64,000 nucleotides of DNA from a bacterium (GTDB lineage Bacteria; Patescibacteriota; Microgenomatia; JAMCZE01): NCBI GenBank assembly GCA_021836035.1, contig JAKBJL010000004.1:3841-67840 (forward strand), read 5' to 3'. A program made the translations under genes and the position numbers. Positions 43,634 through 52,699 of this stretch are shown piece after piece; position 1 is the stretch's first letter, and the number at the start of each line of letters is the position of its first letter. The notes under the pieces are model-generated. The model was not told where the DNA came from. It made no database searches and saw only the letters and a program-made list of their open reading frames with translations.

Positions 43634-44509
43634 TTACTTGGTTTTATTTTTATTGAAAAACTTTTGCTGTGCAGTATAGATATTGACCCAATCTAGCGAA
43701 GATCTTGTTTTAAGAGATTTTATTGTGCCCATATTATCGATTTTAGCGTAAACCTCCAATAGTACAGGATTTTGAAGCGGATTTTTTTTATCTACCTGAT
43801 CGAAGAAAATTACAGGGAATTGCCCATTAAGAACATTACTCCCGGGTTTAAGAGTTATTAAAATATTATTTTCGCTGTCAAGAGAAATTTGATCCCATGA
43901 CTGTGGTTGTTCGGGTGCATCAAACCCCAGCGAGATTCTTAAGGGTATGTTTTCAAAAGTTTTATTAGTTAGGTTATTAATCTCAATTTTATACTCGTAG
44001 TTATAGAGATAGGGGTTTGAGCCAGGATATTCTGGATTTCCGACTACATTATTAACCAAGTTAACTTTTTCCGATAAAATAGAGACTTTTACCGAGAAAG
44101 ATTGGAAAGCCTGATTAACTTTCGTTTGGGTATACCAAGGGACAAAAACTGTTAATGTCTGCGTCGCGGGGGCTATTAAAATTAAGGGAATAATAATAAT
44201 TAAAATTAGATGAAGTCGATAAAGATTTAACAGCCTTTCAGTTGCTTTATAAGCAATTAAGGAAATAAAAAACATCGGTATTGGCAGTGCAAACTGCAAA
44301 CCATATAACATAATTCCACCTAATTCTAGGTTGGGGTGTGCAAGTCCATAAAAAGTTGGCCAAAGGGAAATAAATAAACAAATTAAACTAATTACTAGGA
44401 GTATTAAGAGGGCACGATATTTACCTTCAATATCGGGGAGCTTCATTAAATTTAGTATTGCATACCCGTGAACATAAGTAAATATAAAAATATCACTTGA
44501 AACAAACAT
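43634..44509 (-). CDS. Hypothetical membrane protein with an extracytoplasmic C-terminal domain
   Basis: Four to five TM segments, then an N/Y-rich soluble domain. Confidence 0.5.
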   Translation of the reverse strand: MFVSSDIFIFTYVHGYAILNLMKLPDIEGKYRALLILLVISLICLFISLWPTFYGLAHPNLELGGIMLYGLQFALPIPMFFISLIAYKATERLLNLYRLHLILIIIIPLILIAPATQTLTVFVPWYTQTKVNQAFQSFSVKVSILSEKVNLVNNVVGNPEYPGSNPYLYNYEYKIEINNLTNKTFENIPLRISLGFDAPEQPQSWDQISLDSENNILITLKPGSNVLNGQFPVIFFDQVDKKNPLQNPVLLEVYAKIDNMGTIKSLKTRSSLDWVNIYTAQQKFFNKNKTK

Positions 44510-44671
44510 TCATATATTTCAAATCTCGAATTTGTCAAACCAAGGAAAAATAGAAGCTGAATTGTGGCTCTCTACCCTATGTGAGCCACCTGTCCCGTGC
44601 TTGGAACCCCCTTTTTGAAAGTTTAATCCGGGTTTCCGTAAAATTAACGGTACTTAGTTTAAAGAACTGAA

Positions 44672-45823
44672 TTACTTTTCTATCAAATTATTGATTTCTT
44701 TAAGGTAATTTAGAGTAGTTATTACAGAAGTAGTATGCGGCAATGGGAAAATTTCTTGAGTTTTTCCATCTTTTGATTTTATTTCTACTGCTTGGTATTG
44801 CTTTTTGTAATTTTCAACAACTAGGTCTATTTCCTTTCCACCATATTCCCTGTAAAAGTAAAAGTTTAGTTTGGCGTCCTGTATTTTTCTTTCCTTTTCC
44901 AATTCTGAAATAATTAAGTTTTCAAATACTCCTCCCTTATCTTGCCGGAGCTCTAAATCTCGAAAATCTTGAATAAGTACGTTTCGGATTCCCAAATCGT
45001 AAAAATAAAACTTTCGATTTTCTGATACAGCTTTTCTTAAATTAGTTTTGAATGAGGGAAGGGCGATCAGAATATAGTTTTTAATAAAAATTTCGATATA
45101 ATTTGAAACGGTAGTTACGTTAGCATTAAGAGACTCGGCAATTTCTCGAATAGAAACTTCTGATCCAAGCTGAAGAGCAATTTTAGTCAAAATATCTTTT
45201 GCGAGCTTGGCATTTTTTAGGTCATAAATATCTATAATATCTTTAAGTACGTAGGCGTCAAGCACAGTCTGTAAAAGATCAATTTTATCTTTGTCCGAAA
45301 GTTTGGAATTGGCGTAAACTTCTGGATATGAACCAAATATTTGCAGATTTTTTGCTAATTTTTGGCTAAATTCTTTTAGCTCAGAATTTTTAGGTTTTTC
45401 GTAATTTTGAATTTCGTAAATTGATAGTGGTAAACAAAAAAGTTCCCGGTATCTTCCTGCCAATGTATCAAACTCTTTAGATGATTTTTGACGAAGTTCT
45501 GAGCTTCCGGTTGCAATTATTTTAACTTTAAACTCATCGTAAAGAATTTTGAGAACGACAGTTACTTCCGGATAGTTCTGTACTTCATCAATAAGAATCA
45601 CATTATTATCCTTGACTAATGCTTCCAGTTCTTCTTTTTGCGGAATGAATTTCTCTCGATCGGACTGTAAATCAAAATTAAATTTTTGTACTTTTAGCTC
45701 TTGGGATATTTTGTTAATTATGGTAGTTTTCCCAGACCGCCTTGGACCCCAAATGAAAAAAATTTTATTATCGGAACTAGCTAGATATTTAGTTATTTCT
45801 GTTTGAATAGTACGATGAATCAT
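44672..45823 (-). CDS. AAA ATPase with DUF4143 (COG1373 family)
   Basis: Walker A GPRRSGKTT, Walker B ILIDEVQ, and a C-terminal DUF4143-like region. Confidence 0.75.
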   Translation of the reverse strand: MIHRTIQTEITKYLASSDNKIFFIWGPRRSGKTTIINKISQELKVQKFNFDLQSDREKFIPQKEELEALVKDNNVILIDEVQNYPEVTVVLKILYDEFKVKIIATGSSELRQKSSKEFDTLAGRYRELFCLPLSIYEIQNYEKPKNSELKEFSQKLAKNLQIFGSYPEVYANSKLSDKDKIDLLQTVLDAYVLKDIIDIYDLKNAKLAKDILTKIALQLGSEVSIREIAESLNANVTTVSNYIEIFIKNYILIALPSFKTNLRKAVSENRKFYFYDLGIRNVLIQDFRDLELRQDKGGVFENLIISELEKERKIQDAKLNFYFYREYGGKEIDLVVENYKKQYQAVEIKSKDGKTQEIFPLPHTTSVITTLNYLKEINNLIEK

Positions 45824-45842
45824 ACCCTTATTTTACTATTAT

Positions 45843-45861
45843 ATTGTATATTGTCAATATA
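45843..45861. promoter_or_regulatory. 19-bp perfect palindrome TGTATATTG-T-CAATATACA in the promoter region of the DUF4143 ATPase gene; candidate operator
   Basis: Seen directly. There is a partial copy (ttgtatactgt) 25 nt away. Confidence 0.4.
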
Positions 45862-45990
45862 CATTTTAATATCATTTTGTATACTGTAGACTGGAATTCA
45901 AGTTTAAGTTACTCAAGGCAGATGGGATTCGAGCCCTTCCAGCTTCAAAACTAGAAGGATATCGGGAAATTTTGGTTTTCTAAGCTTGTG

Positions 45991-46064
45991 TGAGCCGCCA
46001 GGGAATCGAACCCTGAACCTACTCCTTAAGAGGGAGTTGCTCTAGCCAATTGAGCTAGCGGCCC
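45991..46064 (-). tRNA. tRNA-Lys (anticodon CTT)
   Basis: Reverse complement GGGCCGC-TA-GCTCAATTGGCTAGAGC-A-ACTCC-CTCTTAA-GGAGT-AGGTT-CAGGG-TTCGATT-CCCTG-GCGGCTC-A. One G-U pair in the acceptor stem. Confidence 0.8.
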
Positions 46065-46106
46065 TGATTTAGCAAATTATACCATCTGCTAAGCCCCCTT
46101 TCAGGT

Positions 46107-47450
46107 TTAACCTATTTTAACTTTAACTTTTCTATTCCTTTGAAGGAGAATATCAACAATCATTCTTATTTGGGGATTAGAGGAATTATTTTTAACGAAT
46201 TCTATTCTCTGTTTACGCTGCAATTCCTTACTCTTTTTTATATGCTTAATTAAAACTTTCCTATCGGGGATTGGTATATCCAGATTATAAGGATCGGGAT
46301 CGTTAAAGAAGCGGGAATAATGGATTGTAGCCACTCCCCTATCTTCAGGCTTAATTGGCAATGCAAAAACTTTACCCGAGGTATAATGGTGATGAATATA
46401 ATCGATGATTCCCCCGCTGGCTAAAATTAAACCCATCTCCTCGGCAGCTTCTTTCTCACTGATTTCCAGGAATTTAGCTACCCTCATAGCTCTGACGGCC
46501 AAGGTCGGATCAAGCTCGCCTGTTTCCGGTTGGGAAATATTGCGGAATAACTTTTTTATCACCGTGTTTTCCACAAATTTATCAGAAGCTAACTTAATGG
46601 GCATTAACTCGTAAGCCATTTGCAGACTATGCGAGTCATAAACCTCCGTTATGTTTAAGCGCGCCCCGGCGCTTGTTTCTTTCCATTCCTTGATATTCCT
46701 GGGAATAGGTTCTCCGTAATCATAGGCAAGTTTTTGAGCTGAGAGCAGGCTATGAACACCTTGATAATGCTGGCGGAAAAAACGATAACAGAGTCTGGGC
46801 ATTAATCCGCCCACAATAGCTTCGCGATAAATGATTAATTTTCCTTTTTGGCCCCCCGCGGCCCTTTGTATATCCTTTAGCAAATATTGATAATTTACCT
46901 TTAAACCGATGTCGGAATATAAACTACCATGTTTATCTTTTAATTTTTTCTCTTTTCTTGCTCGGGCAGAAGCTTTTTCCAATGAGGTCTCTCTGATCCG
47001 GACATATTTTCTTACCCCCCGAAGCTCAAGCTCTTTTTCCAAAGCTTTACGTATTAACCTTTTAGTCCTGGTTTTTCCCGAATTAGGATTGCCTTCTAAA
47101 CCGATAAAATAAATGTTACCCCGGTCGTTGGCCTTTCTTCCTGCAGGTTTCTGGGAAATAAACGGTGAGTCACCAGAACAAAGATCTTCATATAGTTTAA
47201 GGTCCGTAGGACGGCCCCTTAATACACCATTGATTATTGCTGCAGAAACACCTACGGTTTCATTAATAATTACCAATGTTTTAGGCCATTTATTTTTATA
47301 AGCTTTGAGGGCATCTTTGGCTACTGCAGCAACGATTTTTTTAGTTTCCCACCAGAGGTTTTCTTCAGCTGGTATGGTCCAATATTTTTCTAAAGCCTGC
47401 TCGTAGTTGGTTTTTACTGAGTCCGGTTTCCTTTCCTTTGGAGAGGTCAT
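46107..47450 (-). CDS. P-loop NTPase-domain protein of unknown function (447 aa)
   Basis: Walker A GLEGNPNSGKT about 105 aa from the N-terminus. No further family assignment is possible by eye. It overlaps the upstream histidine kinase gene by 4 nt. Confidence 0.5.
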   Translation of the reverse strand: MTSPKERKPDSVKTNYEQALEKYWTIPAEENLWWETKKIVAAVAKDALKAYKNKWPKTLVIINETVGVSAAIINGVLRGRPTDLKLYEDLCSGDSPFISQKPAGRKANDRGNIYFIGLEGNPNSGKTRTKRLIRKALEKELELRGVRKYVRIRETSLEKASARARKEKKLKDKHGSLYSDIGLKVNYQYLLKDIQRAAGGQKGKLIIYREAIVGGLMPRLCYRFFRQHYQGVHSLLSAQKLAYDYGEPIPRNIKEWKETSAGARLNITEVYDSHSLQMAYELMPIKLASDKFVENTVIKKLFRNISQPETGELDPTLAVRAMRVAKFLEISEKEAAEEMGLILASGGIIDYIHHHYTSGKVFALPIKPEDRGVATIHYSRFFNDPDPYNLDIPIPDRKVLIKHIKKSKELQRKQRIEFVKNNSSNPQIRMIVDILLQRNRKVKVKIG

Positions 47451-48670
47451 GTTATTTTCCTGGGCAGACAGACGGTGACCCGGGTTCCCCGATTAATTTT
47501 CGAATCAATAACGATTGTTCCTTCATGAGCCTCGATAATTTTTTTAGACAGATATAAACCTAGACCTAATCCTTCTCTGGTTTCCTGAGGCGGGCGATAG
47601 AATTCTTCAAAAACGTGAGGGAGATCTTCTTTGTTGATACCCTTTCCTTTATCAATGACCTCCAGTTTCAAAACTTGGGTTGAAGAAATAATCAGGAGGG
47701 TTACCTGTGCGCCTAGTGGGGAGTATTTGACGGCGTTATTCAGAAGGTTAATAACCACCTGCATCAATTTATCCCGATCGCCGTAAATATTGCCGATATG
47801 ATCTTTAGTCTGTTCCTTAACGATTATTTTGTAATCGGGGTGAAGTTGTTTGACATCAAGCACGGCTTGGTAGACAGCATCCCGGAAAGGAAAGTTTTGG
47901 AAATTGAAGTGCAGCTTGCCGCTTTTTATTTGGTTAAGCTGCAGCAGTTCACCGATCAAGCGGGACATTCGATCTACATCGTTAACAAGCTGCCGGGACC
48001 AGGTAATCGGGGGTGTTTCCCCGATGGAGACTTTATCATAGATTAATTGACTGAATCCCTTGATTGCAGTCATCGGGGTTTTTAGTTCATGAGAGGCCAT
48101 GGAAATAAACAAATCACGGGTATCCAGAGCTTGTTTTATTTCCGCATATAATTGGGCTTTACGGATCGCTAATGTAGCGATAGACCCGAAAAGTACCAAC
48201 AAATTTACCTTTTCCCGCATCACGGTAGAGGACTGGTGTGAATCGGTAGACAATACTCCGAAAGGAATACCCTCGTTGACCAAGGGAATTAAAATAATAG
48301 ACTTGACCTTGGGGCTTTTTGCATCGGGATGAATTTTTTGAAAGTCGTCCGAAGGAATAATAATTGGTTTTCGGGTTCGTAAAGCCCTAAAAGTGTTACC
48401 ATGCATTCGGGGAGGAATTTGTCGCGATTTGGGAACCGTGGAATAAACACGATTAAATTTATTATGCTCGTAAAAAAAGATTGAACCGGAACGGGCTCCA
48501 GCGATTCTCACGGCCTCGTTAACTACGGTGGCATAGGTTTCCTCAAGATCCAGCGGAAATAATAATTTGACTGCCGACTGATAAATATTTATTAGTTCGT
48601 CGTCCTGCCGTCTCCGTAATTGGGGCGGTCGTCTTTTGGTTAAAATAGATAGGGAGTTTTTGCCCTCCAT
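47447..48670 (-). CDS. Cytoplasmic sensor histidine kinase with an N-terminal GAF-like domain (orphan; no adjacent response regulator)
   Basis: H-box SHELKTPMTAIKG, N-box NLLNNAVKYS, and G-boxes DKGKGI / GLGLGLYLSKKIIEAHEG. No TM segment. Confidence 0.8.
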   Translation of the reverse strand: MEGKNSLSILTKRRPPQLRRRQDDELINIYQSAVKLLFPLDLEETYATVVNEAVRIAGARSGSIFFYEHNKFNRVYSTVPKSRQIPPRMHGNTFRALRTRKPIIIPSDDFQKIHPDAKSPKVKSIILIPLVNEGIPFGVLSTDSHQSSTVMREKVNLLVLFGSIATLAIRKAQLYAEIKQALDTRDLFISMASHELKTPMTAIKGFSQLIYDKVSIGETPPITWSRQLVNDVDRMSRLIGELLQLNQIKSGKLHFNFQNFPFRDAVYQAVLDVKQLHPDYKIIVKEQTKDHIGNIYGDRDKLMQVVINLLNNAVKYSPLGAQVTLLIISSTQVLKLEVIDKGKGINKEDLPHVFEEFYRPPQETREGLGLGLYLSKKIIEAHEGTIVIDSKINRGTRVTVCLPRKIT

Positions 48671-48809
48671 AGCAGCCTTATACTACTTTAATATGGGCAG
48701 ATCAACTTCAGCGGCAAATTGTAGGAACACTTAGAAAATCGGTTATTTGGCGCATCTGGCAGGAATCAAATTCGCATCTTCGGTTTCGACCCGCTCGCCA
48801 AAACTAATG

Positions 48810-48881
48810 TGCCTCCGAGAGGAATCGAACCTCTATCACTGGTTCCGAAGACCAGAGCTTTATCCGTTAAGCTACGGAGGC
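48810..48881 (-). tRNA. tRNA-Arg (anticodon TCG)
   Basis: Reverse complement GCCTCCG-TA-GCTTAACGGATAAAGC-T-CTGGT-CTTCGGA-ACCAG-TGAT-AGAGG-TTCGATT-CCTCT-CGGAGGC-A. Confidence 0.82.
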
Positions 48882-48885
48882 TTAA

Positions 48886-48927
48886 GCGGGCGAGAGACCC
48901 GAGCTCTATCCGTTGAGCTACGGGCGC
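48886..48927 (-). pseudogene. Duplicated, decayed 5' half of tRNA-Arg (acceptor strand, D-arm and part of the anticodon arm), abutting the intact tRNA-Arg
   Basis: GCGCCCGTAGCTCAACGGATAGAGCTCGGGTCTCTCGCCCGC compared with GCCTCCGTAGCTTAACGGATAAAGCTCTGGTCTTCGG of the intact gene. There is no T-arm and no 3' acceptor strand. Confidence 0.5.
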
Positions 48928-49024
48928 ATAATGCTATTTTATCATTCTTTTGCGCTAAATTATGCTTTTATGATACAATCTGACCGTTTGACAACTGCCC
49001 GGTAGTTTTGTAATTATATGGAGG

Positions 49025-49615
49025 ATGAAAAGGCTGCTGCTCGTCTTGATTTTTACGGTGGGTAGCACCTCTTTGCTTTTTTTTAGCACCCTGCTGCTTA
49101 CTGTTACCGCCACAAAAAGTGCGGCATCGGTAGGTTTTGCGAGTCCTATTTCTGCTTCAGCGGTTAATTATCAACCATATAGCGCCGTACCCCAGGTTCT
49201 TGCCGCTTTTTCCGACGCTGAAATTAAAGACGCCGATGCCAGACCGACGATTATTGATAATTTTCTGAACCGCTACAAGTCACCCTTTAAAGGCTTAGGA
49301 CAATTTATTACCGATACGGCGGATAAATATCAAATTCCCTACAGCATGATCCCGGCAATTTCGCAGTGCGAATCCAATGTCGGCAAAGTCATCCCTCCTG
49401 ACAGTTTTAATGCTTGGGGTTATGGTATATACGGCGATACCGTTTTGCGTTTTAATAATTGGTTTGAAGCTATCGACCGGGTAAGCCGCGGTTTACGCGA
49501 GGATTACTATAGCCAGGGTTTGGATACGCCGCAAAAGATTATGACTAAATACACTCCCAGTTCCAACGGTTCCTGGGCCCAGTGTGTAGAAAAGGCCCTT
49601 TTAGAGCTCCAATAA
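49025..49615 (+). CDS. Secreted protein, possibly a lysozyme-like / lytic-transglycosylase fold
   Basis: Signal peptide or N-terminal anchor (LLLVLIFTVGSTSLLFFSTLLLTV). The C-terminal region IPAISQCESNVGK...NAWGYGIYG loosely matches the SLT-type A-I-x-x-E-S...G-x-G pattern. Confidence 0.4.
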   Translation: MKRLLLVLIFTVGSTSLLFFSTLLLTVTATKSAASVGFASPISASAVNYQPYSAVPQVLAAFSDAEIKDADARPTIIDNFLNRYKSPFKGLGQFITDTADKYQIPYSMIPAISQCESNVGKVIPPDSFNAWGYGIYGDTVLRFNNWFEAIDRVSRGLREDYYSQGLDTPQKIMTKYTPSSNGSWAQCVEKALLELQ

Positions 49616-49618
49616 CCC

Positions 49619-49647
49619 TTGACAACCCTATAATCATTTGTTATAAT
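49619..49647 (+). promoter_or_regulatory. Perfect sigma70 consensus promoter, TTGACA-17 nt-TATAAT
   Basis: TTGACA at 49619-49624, a 17-nt spacer (accctataatcatttgt), and TATAAT at 49642-49647. It lies in the spacer between convergent genes. Confidence 0.55.
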
Positions 49648-49653
49648 CCCTAA

Positions 49654-49698
49654 CCAGATCCAGAGGTATGCTTCCCAAGGCTACGTCTGGGTTTTTTT
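49654..49698 (+). terminator. Hairpin (ccaga...tctgg) followed by a T7 run, a terminator-like element ~10-50 nt downstream of the consensus promoter
   Basis: ccagatccagaggtatgcttcccaaggctacgtctgggttttttt. The stem is short, so confidence is modest. Confidence 0.4.
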
Positions 49699-49822
49699 AT
49701 GGCCGAGTTAGCGACCCAGAGCTTGCCGAGGGAGAGTTTTACTCAGCTAAAACCACCGATAATCGCAGCTCGCGGCATTTTCGAAGAGAAAGCGAAGCAG
49801 CAGCGAAATAAGATAAATTGGG

Positions 49823-52699
49823 TTATGGCTCTCCTCTGTATGCTTTAACTATCCACGCTCCGTATACTATCAAGATAATAAAACCAATAAACTCTAGAAG
49901 TTGGGGCCAACAAAATAAATAAATCGTTCTCTCTCCCCCATTAAGCTGCCAGCCGTTAGCCCAATTATCGACCAACACGTGGGTATTTAATAATTGCCAA
50001 TGACCCCGGTTATTTTGCGCCAAACCGATCCAGCCGGAGTCAAATGACTGGGAGAGCGCTAGTATTGTCTCCCCTGGATAATTATCCATTTGCACTTTAT
50101 AAAATGCCGGATTAGGGTGAGAGACGGTAAAATCAGTAGCAATATTCGGGTTGGTTTTTGCCGCGATCTTATAATTTTCTATCTTGATATGCGTTAAATA
50201 GGTAAAAGGAAAAGGATTGACGGTAACGTTTTCCACTTCGTTTTGACTCGGAGTATCACCTATCGGACGGTTATCGAAGTGGAGGCTATAACCGATTCCA
50301 TAAGGATCCATCGGCGGTTGGACAAAGTAAAAAGTTTGATCTGCCAAATTTTGGGGAAGGTTAATGTCCAAATCGGACTTGCGGCCTTCCAGATTTTCTA
50401 TCCAGAAATGCATTCCGGTACCCTGTAAATTTTTGCTGGTTACGCCAATAAGATAAGCGAAGCGTTGGGGTAAGTTTGGTAAAGATAACACGTAGTTTGC
50501 ACCGTCTCTTTTCGGCTTGGCAGCGACAGCATCCTGACCGTTAATTTTGGGAATTTCAACGCTTATCCGATTTTGTCCGAAAGTAACTAAAGGCTGGAGA
50601 ATCGTTGTTTGGTCAGATTTTTGCGCATTGACCCAAACAGCTTCTGGGTCAACGGCAGGAAGCAGAAGTTTATTGCTATCTAAACCAGCCGGTAATTTCT
50701 GGCTGAAAAGAAGCGTTGCTCCGGTGTCTTTGAGGGAAAATTCCTGTTCCCCTACTTTTCGGCCGGTAAAAAGACTGCGGAAGGGATAATAAATATCTGG
50801 TTGTGTATCCGTAATGTAGTGTCCGTTATCGGCGAAAGCGGTGTCGATATTCGTCCACCGATATTGCGGACCAATAACCGGCGGGCGAACTAAGAAGGAA
50901 ATAAAGTCTTTTTCCGGTAGCGACAGAGAAAAATTATAGATATCGACATTACCGAAGGATTTTACCGGTTTAATTCTATACGATTTGGTAAATAGATTTT
51001 CCAAGCCCTCGGTATTTAATGCTTTTGGCGAGGCCGGAAAATTAACATTTTTATCTACCAGGAGCCAGGAAATTTGGTACTTTTCCAGGGTATTTTCCAG
51101 AGCGCTTAAATTTCCGGAATAGATAGCCTGCGAGATTTCCCAGTAGTAGTTTTCGTCTTCACGACTCCAGACATCAAAAGCACGGTCCATGATCGGTTGC
51201 GTAATCCCGTACCAAAGAAACCCGGAACCGCTATAATTCCAGTTGTATAAAGTCCATCCCCAGAAAGTCGGTTGAGGAAAATTGGCAATCCTGGTCCCTT
51301 TTGGCTGGTTATTAAAAAAGTCAAAAACCTGGAAATATTCCGAAGGTATCTTTGCTTTCTCTTTAAAATAAAAAAGATTTCCCTGAAAAGCCGGGAAAGC
51401 AAAAATAACCGGAATAATGGCTAAAATAAATATCAATCCCCTGTTGAGATAAGTTTTCCCTAATCTCCGGGAGATTTCCAGATAAAAAACGGCGTAAAAG
51501 ACAGACAGAGTAAGGGAAATTAAAACTGCGAATTTAGTAAAAGGAGTACGAAAAATCTGCGCAACTAGCGGTAATTTATAGAAATATTCCGTAAATAACG
51601 ATAAAAGCGGCGTTCGGGAAGATAAGATAATAAAACCCAGAAGAAAAACAGGAAGGAAAGATAGTACCCTAAGGTTTTTCCTCTTAAGCGCCAGAATAAT
51701 TCCACAGAAGGAAATAAAGAATAAGGAATAACCTAATAAAAGAACAAAATAATTAGCAAGATGATCAATCCAGGGCTTCGCGACCGCTATAAAAACACCG
51801 GAATTATTTAACTCAGTTTTAGTAAACCAAAACCCGCGTAAAAGTAAGGTATCCGGAAAATTACCGTAAGCTTTATTCTCCAGGAAACTTTCCTGTGTAA
51901 CCATAAGATTTATTTTTGCTTCAGTAGTAACTTGTACTTTGGTAAGGGTGAAATAAAGATTCGGTAGAAGCCAGAAACTATTAACGGCAAAGAGGAGCAA
52001 AACAAAAGTAATTAAATTTTTCCCAGATATTACTTTTTGGTAGAAAAGAAAATAATATATATACATTACGGACGAAACTAAAAGATAAACTATAAAAAAG
52101 GTTTGAATATAAAATTGCGGAATAGCCAGAATATTTATCACCAGGAGCAGAATTAAATTTCGCCTATTATTACTGAAAAGAAAACGGAACTGGGCGAGAA
52201 AAAGCCAAGGTAAAGCTGCAAATTGAGCGGAGTAGGGTTCAAAAGGCAGATAAAAAGCCTGTACTGTAGCTAAATTTAGCAGATAAAATATTCCGGCCAG
52301 TAATCCGGCAGTTTTTCGTGAAGGTAAGGAGAAATCCCGGAAAAGGTATTGGCTACTGGCTAAGAAGTAAATCCCGATTGTTCCCAAAAATAAGCAAAAG
52401 TAATGGTATAGATAACGGACGAGATTGGAAGGTAGAATTAAGGAGAAAGTCCATAAAATAATTTGTCTGGGAAGATCTGCGGCATGAGCCATTCCCCCCA
52501 ATAGACCTAAGCCCTGATACTCCTGCCAGACGGCAAAAATACTCCGGGAAATATTCAGTGGAAAATTGAATTCCGGGTGCAGATTATCCCATCCCGAAAG
52601 CCATGTCCCCGGTTGGTAATTCGAAATAATTATCAAGAGAACGATAAATACTAACAGTAGAAGTTGCCAGTAAGGATAAATCTTAGACAGCGGCTTCAT
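49823..52699 (-). CDS. Large polytopic membrane protein with a C-terminal extracytoplasmic domain; putative GT-C-type glycosyltransferase (YfhO/PMT-like)
   Basis: 958 aa, about twelve N-terminal TM segments, then a ~450-aa soluble domain. The N-terminal region resembles YfhO-family proteins. It overlaps the upstream GT4 gene by 17 nt. Confidence 0.5.
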   Translation of the reverse strand: MKPLSKIYPYWQLLLLVFIVLLIIISNYQPGTWLSGWDNLHPEFNFPLNISRSIFAVWQEYQGLGLLGGMAHAADLPRQIILWTFSLILPSNLVRYLYHYFCLFLGTIGIYFLASSQYLFRDFSLPSRKTAGLLAGIFYLLNLATVQAFYLPFEPYSAQFAALPWLFLAQFRFLFSNNRRNLILLLVINILAIPQFYIQTFFIVYLLVSSVMYIYYFLFYQKVISGKNLITFVLLLFAVNSFWLLPNLYFTLTKVQVTTEAKINLMVTQESFLENKAYGNFPDTLLLRGFWFTKTELNNSGVFIAVAKPWIDHLANYFVLLLGYSLFFISFCGIILALKRKNLRVLSFLPVFLLGFIILSSRTPLLSLFTEYFYKLPLVAQIFRTPFTKFAVLISLTLSVFYAVFYLEISRRLGKTYLNRGLIFILAIIPVIFAFPAFQGNLFYFKEKAKIPSEYFQVFDFFNNQPKGTRIANFPQPTFWGWTLYNWNYSGSGFLWYGITQPIMDRAFDVWSREDENYYWEISQAIYSGNLSALENTLEKYQISWLLVDKNVNFPASPKALNTEGLENLFTKSYRIKPVKSFGNVDIYNFSLSLPEKDFISFLVRPPVIGPQYRWTNIDTAFADNGHYITDTQPDIYYPFRSLFTGRKVGEQEFSLKDTGATLLFSQKLPAGLDSNKLLLPAVDPEAVWVNAQKSDQTTILQPLVTFGQNRISVEIPKINGQDAVAAKPKRDGANYVLSLPNLPQRFAYLIGVTSKNLQGTGMHFWIENLEGRKSDLDINLPQNLADQTFYFVQPPMDPYGIGYSLHFDNRPIGDTPSQNEVENVTVNPFPFTYLTHIKIENYKIAAKTNPNIATDFTVSHPNPAFYKVQMDNYPGETILALSQSFDSGWIGLAQNNRGHWQLLNTHVLVDNWANGWQLNGGERTIYLFCWPQLLEFIGFIILIVYGAWIVKAYRGEP

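Noticed and set aside
45917-45990. Possible second tRNA next to tRNA-Lys (minus-strand GGAAGGGCTCGAATCCCATCTGCCT looks like a T-arm plus 3' acceptor)
   Set aside because: I could not build a 5' acceptor strand, D-arm or anticodon arm around it, and the T-stem would need an A·A mismatch. At most it is a decayed tRNA 3' remnant, too uncertain to call.
48747-48983. ORF 48747-48983 (+)
   Set aside because: It is entirely antisense to tRNA-Arg and its duplicated 5' half.
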